Shown here piece after piece: positions 1 through 12,205 of a DNA stretch of 64,000 bases. A program made the translations under genes and the position numbers. The notes below the pieces were generated by a model. The model searched no databases. It saw only the letters and a program-made list of their open reading frames with translations, and had not been told where the DNA came from. Within the stretch, counting starts at the first letter, position 1; each line of letters begins with the position of its first letter. The stretch comes from Mobula hypostoma (Eukaryota): positions 254,388,001 to 254,452,000 of the forward strand of contig NC_086097.1 in the NCBI RefSeq assembly GCF_963921235.1, given 5' to 3'.

Positions 1-1264
1 TTTTCCTTCCTGATAACCTTCTTAGTTTCCTTGTGCAAGTGTTTAAAAGCTTTCCAATCCTCTATCTTTCCACTAGCTTTGGCTTCCTTGTATGCCTTCT
101 CTTTTCCTTTTACTTTGGCTCTGACTTCACTTGTCAGCCACAGTAGTATCTTGCATCCATTAAAAATTTTCTTCTTACTTAGAATATATCTGTCTTGCAC
201 TTCCCACATTTCTCACAAAAACTCCAGCCATTGCTGCTCTGCTGACCTTTCCAGTCAACCTTGGCCAGTTCCCCTCTCATGCCATTGTAATTTCATAGTC
301 ATACTTTATTGATCCTGGGGGAAATTGGTTTCCTTTATTCCACTGAAATACCGACACATTGGAATTTAGTTTCTCCTTCTCAAATTTCAAAGTGAACATG
401 ATCATATTATGATCACTGTTCCCTAAGGGTTCCTTAATTTTAAGCTATTTTATCACCTCCGGATCATTGCACAACACCCAGTCTAGCACAGCCGATCCCC
501 TAGTGGGCTCAACAAAAAGCTGTTCTAGAAAGCCATCCCTTAGACATCCTACAAATTCTCTCTTGAGATCCAGAAATGGCCTGGTTTTCCCAATCCACTT
601 TCATGTTAAAATCCCCAACGATTACCATGACATTGCCCTTCTGACACACCTTTTCTATCTCCTGCTGTAATTCATAATCCACATCCCGGCTGCTGTTTGG
701 AGGCCTGTATACAACTGCAATTAGGATCCTCTTACCCTTGTCATTTCTTAATTCGACCCATAGAGACTCTACACCTTCTGATCCTATGTCATTCCTTTCT
801 AATGATTTCACATTATTTCCTACACACAGGGCCACACCACCCCCTCTGCCTACTAACCTAGCTTTTCGATACATTGTATATTCTTGAATGTTCAACTCCC
901 AATGGCAGCCGTCCTTGAGCCAAGCTTCAGAGATGGCCACAATGTCGTATTTGCCAATCTGCAGCTGAATTTCAAGATCGTTCAATTTATTTCTTATGCT
1001 GTGTGCATTCAAATACAACACTTTCATGTCCAGTATTTGTTGCTTTCTGTTTTAACTGCACCACGCCTCTATTGCCCTGTAACTCATCCCACTGGCTGTG
1101 ATTATGCCTCATCTCCTGTCTGTCCTTTCTATCATCTCAGTTGCATGCCATCTTTGATTTGTTTCTGTTTTCCCCTTCCTCAGTCCTATCACTCCTGTTC
1201 CCATCCCCTTGCCAAATTAGTTCAAATCCTCCTGAACAGCTCTATTAAACCTGCCTGCTAGGAT
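1..1264 (-). mobile_element. CR1 LINE (outer host element), ORF2 endonuclease region
   Basis: APE motifs LYLNAHSI, VAISEAWL, VVYRPP, IVGDFN (ORF 509-1027); sequence resumes at about 5513 and 8139. Confidence 0.85.
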
Positions 1265-4200
1265 TACAAGATCACAAGATAAAGGAGCAGAAGCAGGCCA
1301 TTCGGCCCATCGAGTCTGCTCCGCAGCTCCCCCATGAGCTAAACTATTCACCCATCTAGTTCCAATTTCCGGCTTTTTCCCCATATCCCTTGATACCCTG
1401 ACTAATTAGATACCTGTCAATCTCCTCCTTAAACACCCTCAATGATCGGGCCTCCACAGCTGTATTTGGCAATGAATTCCACAAATCCACGACCCTCTGG
1501 CTAAAAAAATTTCTCCTCACCTCTGTTTTAACTGGGTACCCTCTAATTCTAAAGACTATGGCCTCTTGTCCTGGACTCACCCACCAAGGGAAACAGCCTT
1601 TCCACATCTACTCTGTCTAACCCTTTCAACATTCGAAATGTTTCTATGAGATCCCCTCTCATTCTTCTATACAGTCCAAGAGCGGATAAATGCTCCTCAT
1701 ATGTTAGCCCCTGCATTCCAGGAATCATCCTCGTAAATCTTCTCTGAACTCTCTCCAACATCAGTATATCCTTTCTAAGATAGGGGGCCCAAAACTGCAC
1801 ACAGTATTCCAAATGAGGTCTCACTAATGCCCCATAGAGCCTCATCAACACCTCCTTACTCTTATACACTATTCTTCTTGAAATGAATGCCAACATAGCA
1901 TTCGCTTTCCTTACCACTGATCCAACTTGGTGGTTAACCTTTAGGGTATCCTGCACGAGGACCCCCAAGTCCCTTTGCACTTCCGATTTTTGAATTTTCT
2001 CCCCATCTAAATAATAATCTGCCCGATTATTTCTTCCTCCAAAATGTACAACCGTACATTTATCAACGTTGTATCTCATCTGCCATTTTCTTGCCCACTC
2101 TCCTAAACTGACTAAGTCTCCCTGCAACCTTTCTGTTTCTTCAACATTTCCTGCTCCTCCACCTATCTTGGTGTCATCCGCAAACTTAGCCACAAAACCA
2201 TTTAATCCATAATCCAAATCATCGCTCTACATCGTAAAAAGAAGCGGCCCCAACACCGACCCCTGCGGAACACCACTAGTAACCGGCAACCAATCAAAAT
2301 AGGATCCCTTTATTCCCACCCTTTGCTTTCTGCCTATCAGCCAGTGCTCCACCCATTCCAATATCTTTCCTGTAATTCCATGGGCTCTCATCTTATTAAG
2401 CAGCCTCGTATGCGGCACCTTATCAAAGGCGTTTTGAAAATCCAAATACACAACATCCACAGCCTCTCCCTTGTCAATCTTATTCGAGATTACCTTAAAA
2501 AATTACAATAAGTTGGTGAGGCAGGATCTTCCCTTCATGAAACCATGCTGGCTTCGGCCTATCTTGTCATGCACCTCGAGGTATTTCATAATCTCATCCT
2601 TGAGGATTGACTCCAATATCTTTCCAACTACCGATGTCAGACTAATAGGTCTGTAATTTTCTTTTTGCTGCCTCCTTCCTTTCTTAAATAGCGGAACTAC
2701 ATTTGTGACCTTCCAGTCCTCCGGAACCATGCCAGAGTCTATTGATTCCTGGAAGATCATTTCCAATGCTTCCACAATCTCCAAAGCCACCTCCTTCAGA
2801 ACCCTTGGGTGCACCTCATCCGGACCGGAAGACTTAACTATTCTTAGTCCATTTAGCTTCCCAAGCACTTTCTCTCTAGTAATCTTGACTGTACCTAATT
2901 CTATTCCCTGATACCTCTGGCTATCAGGTATATTGCTCTTGTCTTCCGCTGTGAAGACTGATGCAAAATACTCATTCAGTTCCTCCGCCATCTCTTTGTT
3001 ATCCATTATAATTTCTCCAGCATCATTTTCAATCAGTCCCGTATCTATCCTTGTCACTCTTTTACTCTTCATATATTTAAAAAAACTCTTAGTATCCTTT
3101 TTTTATGCTAATTGCCAACTTTCTTTCATAATTCATCTTTTCTTTCCTCATGATTTTCTTAGTTTCCTTCTGTAAGTTCTTAAAAGTCTTCCAGTCCTCA
3201 TTTTCCCCACTAATTTTTGCTTCCTTGTACGCCATTTCTTTTGCTTTTATTTTTGCCTTAACCTCTCTCGTTAGCCACACTTGTGCCATTTTCCCAGTCA
3301 TGATTTTCTTTTTTCTTGGAATACATTTTTCCCTCATTTTCCTTATTTCTTGTTGGAATTTCATCCAACTCTGCTCTGCCATCCCTCCATTTATCTTACT
3401 TTTCCAATCGACTTGGGCCAGTTCCTCTCTCATACCACTGTAATTTCCCCTGTTACACTGAAATATCGATACACCTGATACCAGCTTCTCCTTTTCAGAT
3501 TTGAAACTGAACTCAATCATATTATGATCACTACTTCCAAGGGGTTCCTTTACCTCCAGCTCCCTAATCACCTCAGGTTTGTTACACAACACCAATCCAA
3601 AACAGCCAGTCCCCTGGTGGGCTTCTGGACAAGCTGCTCCAAAAAGCCATCCTGTAGGCATTCTACAAACTCCCTCTCCTGAGATCCATTACCTTCCTGA
3701 CTTTCCCAATCCACTTTCATATGAAAATCCCCCATAATTATCTTGACATTTTCCTTCTGACACGTTTTTTCTATTTCCAGCTGTAACTTGTAGTCCACAT
3801 CCCGGCTGCTGTTTGGAGGCCTGTATATAACTGCTATTGGTGTCTTTTTACCCTTGCCATTTCTTAATTCTATCCATAAGGATTCTACCTCTTCTGATCC
3901 TATGTCCCTTCTTTCTATTGATTTGATATCATTACTTACCATCAGGGCCACACCACCCGCTTTACCTACCTTCCTATCTTTCCTATACACTGTGTATCCT
4001 TGGATATTCAGCTCCCAATCACATCCATCATTTAGCCACGACTCGGTGATGGCCACAATGTCATATCTTTTAACCTGCAGCTGTACAGCAAGGTCATCCA
4101 CTTTATTTCTAATGCTGCATGCATTTAAGTACAGTACATTTAGATCAGTATCTGTTGTCGATTTTGCTATATTTCTATTTTGCAGCAAATTATCCTGTAT

Positions 4201-5512
4201 ATTCTCCGGCCTGTCCTTCTTGTGATCTTTGCTGCACAGTATTTTTGACTTATTTCTATTTTCCTCTTCCTCGACCCTAACACCTTGGTTTCCTTCCCCT
4301 TGCCAACTTAGTTTAAACCCTTCCTCTTGCCAACTTAGTTTAAACCCTTCCTAACAGCTATAATAAACAATCCCGCCAGGATATTAGTACCTTTTGGGTT
4401 CAAGTGTAATCCATCTGTTTTGTATAAGTCATACCTTCCCCAAAATAGATCCCAATGATTCAAGAATTTGAAGCCCTGCCCCCTGCACCAGTTACTTAGC
4501 CACACATTCATCTGCTTAATTCTGCTATTCTTACCATTATTAGCACGCAGCTCAGGCAGCAATCCTGATATTATTACTCTGGAGGTCCGGCTTTTCAATT
4601 TTCTTCCTAGCTCCCAGTAATCTTTCTTCAGGACCTCCTCTCTTTTTCTGTCTATGTCATTGGTACCAACATGTACCAAGACTTCCGGCTGCTCGCCCTC
4701 TCTCCTCAGAATACTCTGGACTCGATCTGAGACATCCCGTACCTGGGCACCAGGGAGGCAACACACCATCCGGGTATCCTTGTCCGGCTCGCAGAATCTC
4801 TTGTCCGTCCCCCTTACGATGGAGTCCCCTATAACTACTGCATTTCTTCTTGCTCTCTTGATTTCGGCACTGGGCAGAATGCCAGAGTCTCATCCACTGT
4901 GGTCCTCCTCTGTTAGGTCTGCCTTTTCAACAGTATTCAAAATGATATATCGATTTCTGAGGGGGACTGTCACAGGGGTGCTATCCACTACCTCTCTATA
5001 GGTAGTATCTATCACCTCCTCACTTTCCCTAAATAGCTGAAGGTCATCAATTTCCATCTCCAGCTCCTTAACACGGTCCTTCAGGAGCCTCATCTCAGTG
5101 CACCTGGTGCAGATGTAATCCTTGGGGAGGCTGGGAGTCTCCCAGGGTCCCCACATCTGGCACTCCAAGCACAACACTAATCCTAGATGCATACCTCTAA
5201 CGCTACTGTTTGTACCAAGTACCAAAAAACTGTAACTTACTCCGTTACTATGAGACTCAACGGTCGCAGGAAGCCTCTTCCCATCTCCGCCGAAGCCCGT
5301 TGAGCCAAAGCCCTTTCACTCTGCACCCTCTCACTCCGCAGCCCGCTCCGACGCTGCCTGCTGGATATGGCAGTTTTCTTTTTAAACTGTTCACACTCAA
5401 CTGGCTGATGTCACGCGCCTGCGCAGTCTGGCCTCTCTCGTACTCCGAGAAATAAAATGTCTTCTCGCTGGAAATCCTTAGCCTCTTACCGCTGTCTTCT
5501 TGATCCGAAGAC
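1265..5512 (-). mobile_element. Near full-length CR1 LINE: ORF1 (Zn finger + SGNH esterase) and frameshifted ORF2 (APE + RT)
   Basis: CLECQM...CTRC; VLVHVGTND...DGLHLN; GDFH; YLDFQNAFDKV; GVPQGSVLGP; KFADD; short-repeat 3' tail at about 1265-1280. Confidence 0.92.
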
Positions 5513-5863
5513 ATTGGACCCCTTTGGGTTCAGGTGTAACCCATCCTTTTTGTACAGGTCGTACCTCCCCCAGAAGATGCCCCAATGATCCAGGAACCCG
5601 AAGCCTTATCCCCTATACCAGTGTCTCAGCCACACATTAATGTGCCTGATCATGCTATTCTGCGCTTGTTAGCATGTAGCACAGGCAGCAATCCTGAGAT
5701 TACTACCCTGGAGGTCCTGCTTTTCAGCTTCCTACCCAACTCCCTGAATTCTCTCTTCAGGGTCTCCTCCCTTTTTCTACCTACATCATTGGTACCAACG
5801 TGTACCAAAACTTCTGGTTGTTCGCCCTCCCCCTTCAGAATACTCTGCACCCAATCCGAGACA
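5513..5863 (-). mobile_element. CR1 ORF1 esterase fragment, continuation of the 1-1264 element
   Basis: EQPEVLVHVGTNDVG...VVISGLLP; colinear with the intact copy at 4380-4730. Confidence 0.8.
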
Positions 5864-8138
5864 AAGGAGAATATAGGGAGTTAGGAAAGGAGTTGAGAAG
5901 CAGGACCACAAAGGTAGAAATCTCGGGATTACTTCCTGTGCCACGCGACAGTGAGAGTAGGAACGCAATGAGGTGGAGGATAAATGTGTGGCTGAGGGAT
6001 TGGAGCAGGGGGCAGGGGTTCGAGTTTTTGGATCATTGGGACCTCTTTTGGTGCAGGTGTGACCTGTACAAAAAGGACGGGTTGCACTTGAATCCTAGGG
6101 GGACCAATATCCTAGTGGGGAGATTTGCAAAGACTACTGAGGAGACTTTAAACTAGAATGGTTGGGGGGTGGGAATCAAATTGAAGAAACTAGGAGAGAG
6201 GAAGTTAGTTCACAAATAGAGAAAGCTAGTAGACAGTGTGTGAGGGAGGATAGACAGGGGACAGAGATCAGGAGCACTCAGACCAAAGATGTAGGGCAGA
6301 AGGAAGAAAAAGATAACAAAGTTGTTTGCTCCATTAAGGATAAACAGAGAGTAAGAGGTGGAGAGTTTCCTAAATGCATCTATTTTAATGCTAGGAGCAT
6401 TGTAAGAAAGGTGGATGAGTTTAGAGCATGGATCGATACCTGGGAATATGATGTTGTAGCTATTAGTGAAACATGGTTGCAGGAGGAGTGTGATTGGCAA
6501 CGAAATATTCCTGGATTTCATTGCTTCAGGTGTGACAGAATTGGAGGGGCAAGAGGGGGAGGTGTTGCATTGAAGGACAAGAAGGAAGGGCAAGAGGGGG
6601 AGGTGTTGCATTGCTTGTCAGAGAAAATATAACAGCAGTCCTCTGGCAGGATAGATTAGTGGACTCGTCCAGGGAGGCTATTTGGTGGAATTGAGGAATG
6701 GGAAAGGTGTAGTGATGCTTATAGGGGTGTATTATAGACCACCTAATGGGGAGCGAGAACTGGAGGAGAAAATTTGTAAGGAGATAGCAGATATTTGTAG
6801 TAAGCACTAAGTTGTGATTGTGGGAGATTTTAATTTTCCACACATGGACTGGGAAGCCCATTCTGTAAAAGGGCTGGATGGTTTGGAGTTTGTAAAATGT
6901 GTGCAGGATAGTTTTTTGCAGCAATACATGGAGGTACCAACTGGAGAAGGGGAAGTGTTGGATCTCCTGTTAGGGAATGAGATAGGGCAGGTGACGGAGG
7001 TTTGTGTTGGAGAACACTTCGGATCCAGTGATCACAATGCCATTAGTTTCAATATAATTATGGAGAAAGATAGGACTGGACCCAGGGTTGAGATTTTTGA
7101 TTGGAGAAAGGCTAACTTTGAGGAGATGTGAAAGGATTTAGAAGGAGTGGATTGGGACAGTTTGTTTTATGGGAAGGATGTAATAGAGAAATGGAGGTCA
7201 TTTAAAGGTGAAATTTTGAGGGTACAGGATCTTTATGTTCCTGTTAGGTTGAAAGGAAAGGTTAAAAGTTTGAGAGAGCCATGGTTTTCAAGGAATATTG
7301 GAAACTTGGTTCAGAAAAAGAGAGGGATCTACAATAAATATAGGCAGCTTGGAGTAAATGAGGTGCTCGAGGAATATAAAGAATGTAAAAAGATTCCTAA
7401 GAAAGAAATTAGAAAAGCTAAAAGAAGATATGAAGCTGCTTTGGCAAGTAAGGTGAAAATAAATCCAGAGGGTTTCTACAGTTATATTACTAGCAAAAGG
7501 ATAGTACGCTGACCTTTATAAATCAGAGCATTGAGTATAGAAGTTGGGATGTAATGTTGAAATTGTATAAGGCATTGGTGAGGCCAAATTTGGAGTATTG
7601 TGTCCAGTTCTGGTCACTGAATTATAGGAAAGATGTCAATAAAATTGAGAGAGTACAGAGGAGATTTACTAAAATGTTGCCTGGGTTTCATCTCCTAAGT
7701 TACAGAGAAAGGTTGAACAAGTTAGGTCTTTATTCTTTGGAACGTATAAGGTTGAGGGGGGACTTGATAGAGGTATTTAAAATTATGAAGGGGATAGATA
7801 GAATTGACATGGACAGGCTTTTTCCATTGAGAGTGGGGGAGATTCAAACAAGAGGGCATGAGTTGAGAGTTAAAGGGCAAAAGTTTAGGGGTAACATGAG
7901 GGGGAACTTCTTTACTCAGAGAGTGGTAGCTGTGTGGAACGAGCTTCCAGCAGAAGTGGTTGAGGCAGGTTCGATGTTGTCATTTAAAGTTAAATTGGAT
8001 AGATATAAGGACAGGAAAGGAATGGAGGGTTTTGGGCTGAGTGCAGGTCGGTGGGACTAGGTGAGAGTAAGAGCTCGGCACAGACTAGAAGGGCCAAGAT
8101 GGCCTGTTTCCTTGCTGTTATTGTTATATGGTTATATA
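5864..8138 (+). mobile_element. CR1 LINE, 5'-truncated in ORF1, RT core deleted
   Basis: ORF1 DGLHLN, APE motifs (YFNARSI, VGDFNFP, SSDHN), then a jump at about 7505 straight to the C-terminal LYKALVRPNLEYC region. Confidence 0.85.
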
Positions 8139-8550
8139 ACATCCCGTATCCTGACACCTGGGAGGCAACATGCCATGCGGGTATCTCTACCAGGCTGACA
8201 GAACCTCCTGTCTGTTCCCCTCACTATGGAATGCCTGACTATCACACTCCTCATCTTCTTTTCTCCGTTTGACACCAGGGAACCAGGCTCGGTGCCAGAG
8301 ACCCGATCGCTATGGTCATCCTCTGTCAGGTCAACCCCCTCAACAGCATCCAAAACGAGATTAACGATTACTGAAGGGGATGACCACAAGGGTGCTCTCT
8401 ACTATCTGAGCTTTTCCCATCCGTTCCCTGACAGTCACCCACTCCTGCAGCCTCGGGGTGAACTGCCTGTAACTCCTATCTATCTGCTGCTCACTTTCCC
8501 TAATAAGCTGTAGGTCATCAAGCCACAGCTCCAGCTCCCTAACAGAAGCA
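8139..8550 (-). mobile_element. CR1 ORF1 fragment, continuation of the outer element
   Basis: SIVRGTDRRFC...RDTRMACCLPG; ELELWLDDLQLIRESE. Confidence 0.75.
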
Positions 8551-8784
8551 GGCAGTTCAGTGATTGTTTCTCTCATTCTGCTGAACACCAGTGAGTGCAA
8601 GCCCAGAGCCATCAAGCAATCAAATTTAGATTTACGATCTGGGCTATCCAAGGTAAAAGATCTACGGCAGATACTGGTCCAAGCAATGGTCAGATGCCAG
8701 TGAGGCAATGCCCAACATTCCACAGAGCTCTGGGCACATAATTGCTCAAAATGGTCCACAAAAACCACCCGACTGGTTGACAGT

Positions 8785-9690
8785 GGAAGCTGAAACCAGG
8801 ATGAGGGACGTATCACTCCCATCCTAACTTCTCTGCATTGGCTTCCTGTATCTTGCAGAACTGATTGTAAAGTTCTCTTCCTTGTGAGACTCTGCAGAAT
8901 CCAGATCACTATTGAATGTACATGTTTGGTGTCACCCCTTTGTACAAGTTTCCACAAATCGGTGAGATTCACGATTCAGTGTGAGGGCACCGTATCGGTG
9001 AGATCCACGACTCAGTGTGAGGACACCGTATCGGTGAGATCCACCATTCAGTGTGAGGACACCGTATCGGTGAGATCCACCATTCAGTGTGAGGGCACCG
9101 TATCGGTGAGATCCATCATTCAGTGTGAGGGCACCGTATCAGTGAGATCCATCATTCAGTGTGAGGGCACCGTATCAGTGAGATCCATCATTCAGTGTGA
9201 GGGCACCATATCAGTGAGATCCATCATTCAGTGTGAGGGCACCGTATCAGTGAGATCCACCATTCAGTGTGAGGGCACCGTATCGGTGAGATCCACCATT
9301 CAGTGTGAGAATACCAAATCTCTTTATTGTCTTTAAAGCTCTGGATGGTCTGGGACCAGACTACGTCAGAGAATCATTTTCATTTTATAATTCTGCTCGA
9401 GCTCTCAGGTCTTCCTTTGACAGTCCCTTAAATTTAAACAATCTCTCAAAAGATAATTGTCAGGTCAGATATTTTGAACTGTGCTCCTGAACTACGGAAT
9501 TCAATGCCTAAAACCATAAAGGATTCAGACTCAGTTGACCCTTTCAAACACCAGCTTTATTTACTTATTCATTTAACCTTGCTTTTAACTATCATCTTTT
9601 TGTCTTTTACTTTCATGTTCATTTTACCCCATTGTGAACCACATCGTCTGTATGAAATGTGTTCTATAAATAAGTTATTATTATTATTTA
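8785..9690 (+). mobile_element. L2-type LINE 3' fragment split by an insertion at about 8883-9330
   Basis: ITPILTSLHWLPVSCRTDCKVLFLV before the insert and FKALDGLGPDY...ARALRSS after it; AATAAG and (TTA)n tail near 9670-9690. Confidence 0.75.
8958..9310 (+). repeat. 36-bp minisatellite, about 10 units, same family as the large array, inverted orientation
   Basis: Units such as TCAGTGTGAGGGCACCGTATCGGTGAGATCCACCAT. Confidence 0.95.
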
Positions 9691-9904
9691 TTTTTTCTTG
9701 GCTCAAAAAGATAAAACCTGAGGTATGGCCATTGCCAAGGACACTCGTGTCTCAAATATAGAAACTTTCAGACTATTCTAGTAGCTTTTTGAAGATTTAC
9801 ATAAATATTGCTGTGTAGGCTTAATGGTTTAACAATATTGTGTAGTGAGTTTGGGATGATACCAGTTGTAGATATTACTAATGGGACAATGTATACCCTG
9901 CTGA

Positions 9905-10400
9905 TAGAAAACCTACAGCACAATACAGGCCTTTCAGCCCACAAAGCTGTGCTGAACATGTCGTTACCTTAGAAATTACCTAGGGTTACCCACAGCCCTC
10001 TATTTTTCTGAGCTCCATGTACCTATCCAGGAGTCTCTTAAAAGACCCTATCGTATCCACCTCCACCACCGTCACCGGCAGCCCATTCCACACACTCACC
10101 ATTCTCTGTAAAAAAAAACTTCCCCCTGGCATCTCCTCTGTACCTACTTTCAAGCACCTTAAAACTGTGCCTTCTCATGCTAGCCATTTCAGACCTGGGA
10201 AAAAGCCTCTGACTATCCACACGATAAATGCCTCTCATTATCTTGTACACCTCTATCAGGTCACCTCTCATCCTCCGTCGCTCCAAGGAGAAAAGGCTGA
10301 GTTCAATCAACCTATTCTCATAAGGCATGCTCCCCAATCCAGGCAACATCCTTGTAAATCTCCTCTGCACCCTTTCTATGGTTTCCACATCCTTCCTATA
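9905..10400 (-). mobile_element. CR1 3' fragment
   Basis: ERVQRRFTRMLPGL...RRRMRGDLIEVYK plus the typical 3' UTR. Confidence 0.85.
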
Positions 10401-10564
10401 GGATGGATGTGTTCCATAGTCTTTCAATTTCCTCTTTTAATTCAACAGATTTCTGATGTTTTTCTCTTACTGATTTCTGTGTGTTTGAGTGAGAGTTATG
10501 TGTGTTTTGGAATGGCTATGTCTTTTAAGTAAGTTTTTCTTGCTTGCTTCTCCTGAAGTATTAT

Positions 10565-11930
10565 ATTCAGCTGATTGTGGACTTCAGGAAGGGTAAGACG
10601 AAGGAACACATACCAATCCTCATAGAGGGATCAGAAGTGGGGAGTTGAGCAGCTTCAAGTTCCTGGGTGTCAAGATCTCTGAGGATCTAACCTGGTCCCA
10701 ACACATTGATGCAGTTATAAAGAAGGCAAGACAGCGGCTAGACTTCATTCGGAGTCTGAGGAGATTTGGTACGTCAACAAATACACTCAAAAACTTCTGT
10801 AGATGTATCATGGACAGCTTTCTGACAGGCTGCATCACTGTCTGGTATAGAGGGGCTACTGCACAGGACCGAAAGAAGCTGCAGAAGGTTGTAAATCTAG
10901 TCAGCTCCATCTTGGGTACTAGCCTACAAAGTACCCAGGACATCTTCAAGGAGCAGTGTCTCAGAAAGGCAGTGTCTGTTATTAAGGACCTCCAGCAACC
11001 AGGGCATGTCCTTTTCTCACTGTTACCATCAGGTAGGAGGTACAGAAGCCTGAAGGCACACACTCAGTGATTCAGGAACAGCTTCTTCCCCTCTGCCATC
11101 CGATTCCTAAATGGACATTGAACCCTTGGACACTACCTCAGTTTTTAAAATATATTGTATTTCTGTTATTTGCACGATTTTTAATCTATTCAATATCTGT
11201 ATACTATAATTGATTTATTTAATTGTAACCCTCAAGTACGGCCAGCATGCTTTTGTCCAGGGGAAGACAGCCTCCGGCCCAGCCAAACTGAGAAATCTTG
11301 TTTGTGTGGATACTGTGTGATGTGTTGCCCAGCTGCAAATCCGAACCTCAAAATATCAGAGAGTACACCATATGCAATTCAGCTTTATAATTCTTAATTT
11401 GACTAGAGGGTTAGTAAAGAAAACAAAAAGGAAAAGGGCCCATTTCAATGAAACAGTCTAACCTGCACGTTGGAGCTCACGGTTGTCCGTCCATTCGTTC
11501 CCCATAGACCTCCTCCAAGCGTTGTCGACTCCCGGACCCTCACTCCAAATCCACTCCGTCCTGCGGTTTACCAACTCTCCCCACTCGCGTCTTCTCTCTT
11601 CATCTCTCACAGACAAAAGACTGTAAATCCCTTCTCTCAGCCCCACAAGAAAGAAACAACGTGCCTCTCACTGGATGGTGCACATTCCAAAGCCCCCGTT
11701 ATCTCTAGTCATAACCCAAACACTGCTGCTACAGAGAAGCCATTGCATTAGCCGTGAAACCTTACAGAGAAACCATTACATTAGCAGTGAAACCTTAATT
11801 ATTACATATTAATTATTATTATTATTTTGTGCTTTTTTCCTTCTACATTGTGTATTGCATTGAACTGCTGCTGCTAAGTTAACAAATTTCACGTCACATG
11901 CTGCTGATAATAAACCTGATTTTGATTCTG
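10565..11930 (+). mobile_element. Rex-Babar-type LINE 3' fragment, with an insertion in its 3' UTR
   Basis: FKFLGVKISEDLTWS...KKARQRL...LLPSGRRYRS; ends with AATAAA and a gatt(t/c)t tail at about 11910-11930. Confidence 0.75.
11224..11800. mobile_element. Possible solo LTR
   Basis: Block starts TGTAA and ends with ...TTACA; GC-richer than the AT-rich LINE UTR it interrupts. The right boundary is ambiguous because of a ~33-bp terminal duplication. Confidence 0.4.
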
Positions 11931-11939
11931 AGACAGTTC

Positions 11940-12046
11940 TTATGGATTGTCCTGTCTGTAATAATGGATCGAGCGGTTGTAATATAATTTTTGGGACTCT
12001 GACTGTAAAGCTAGATCAGGCTTGTAGTTATAGTAAGGTATGGTGT
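11940..12046 (-). mobile_element. R4/Dong-like LINE fragment near the restriction-like endonuclease
   Basis: TIPYYNYKPDLALQSESQKLYYNRS / IITDRTIH across a frameshift. Confidence 0.45.
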
Positions 12047-12205
12047 TACTATTATTCTTATTAAGTTCAGTAACTTTCCATCCATTGCAGCCATCGTGGC
12101 CAATGCAGATACTGTTACAAACAAATACACAGGACTGACAACAGGGGTTGCACATGGGAGAATCTTTAAAAATATTTGCATATATGTCTTGCACAATAAA
12201 TAACC

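Noticed and set aside
1265..5512. Active autonomous CR1 or a domesticated esterase gene
   Set aside because: ORF1 and ORF2 are broken by several frameshifts; the SGNH domain is a normal CR1 ORF1 component.
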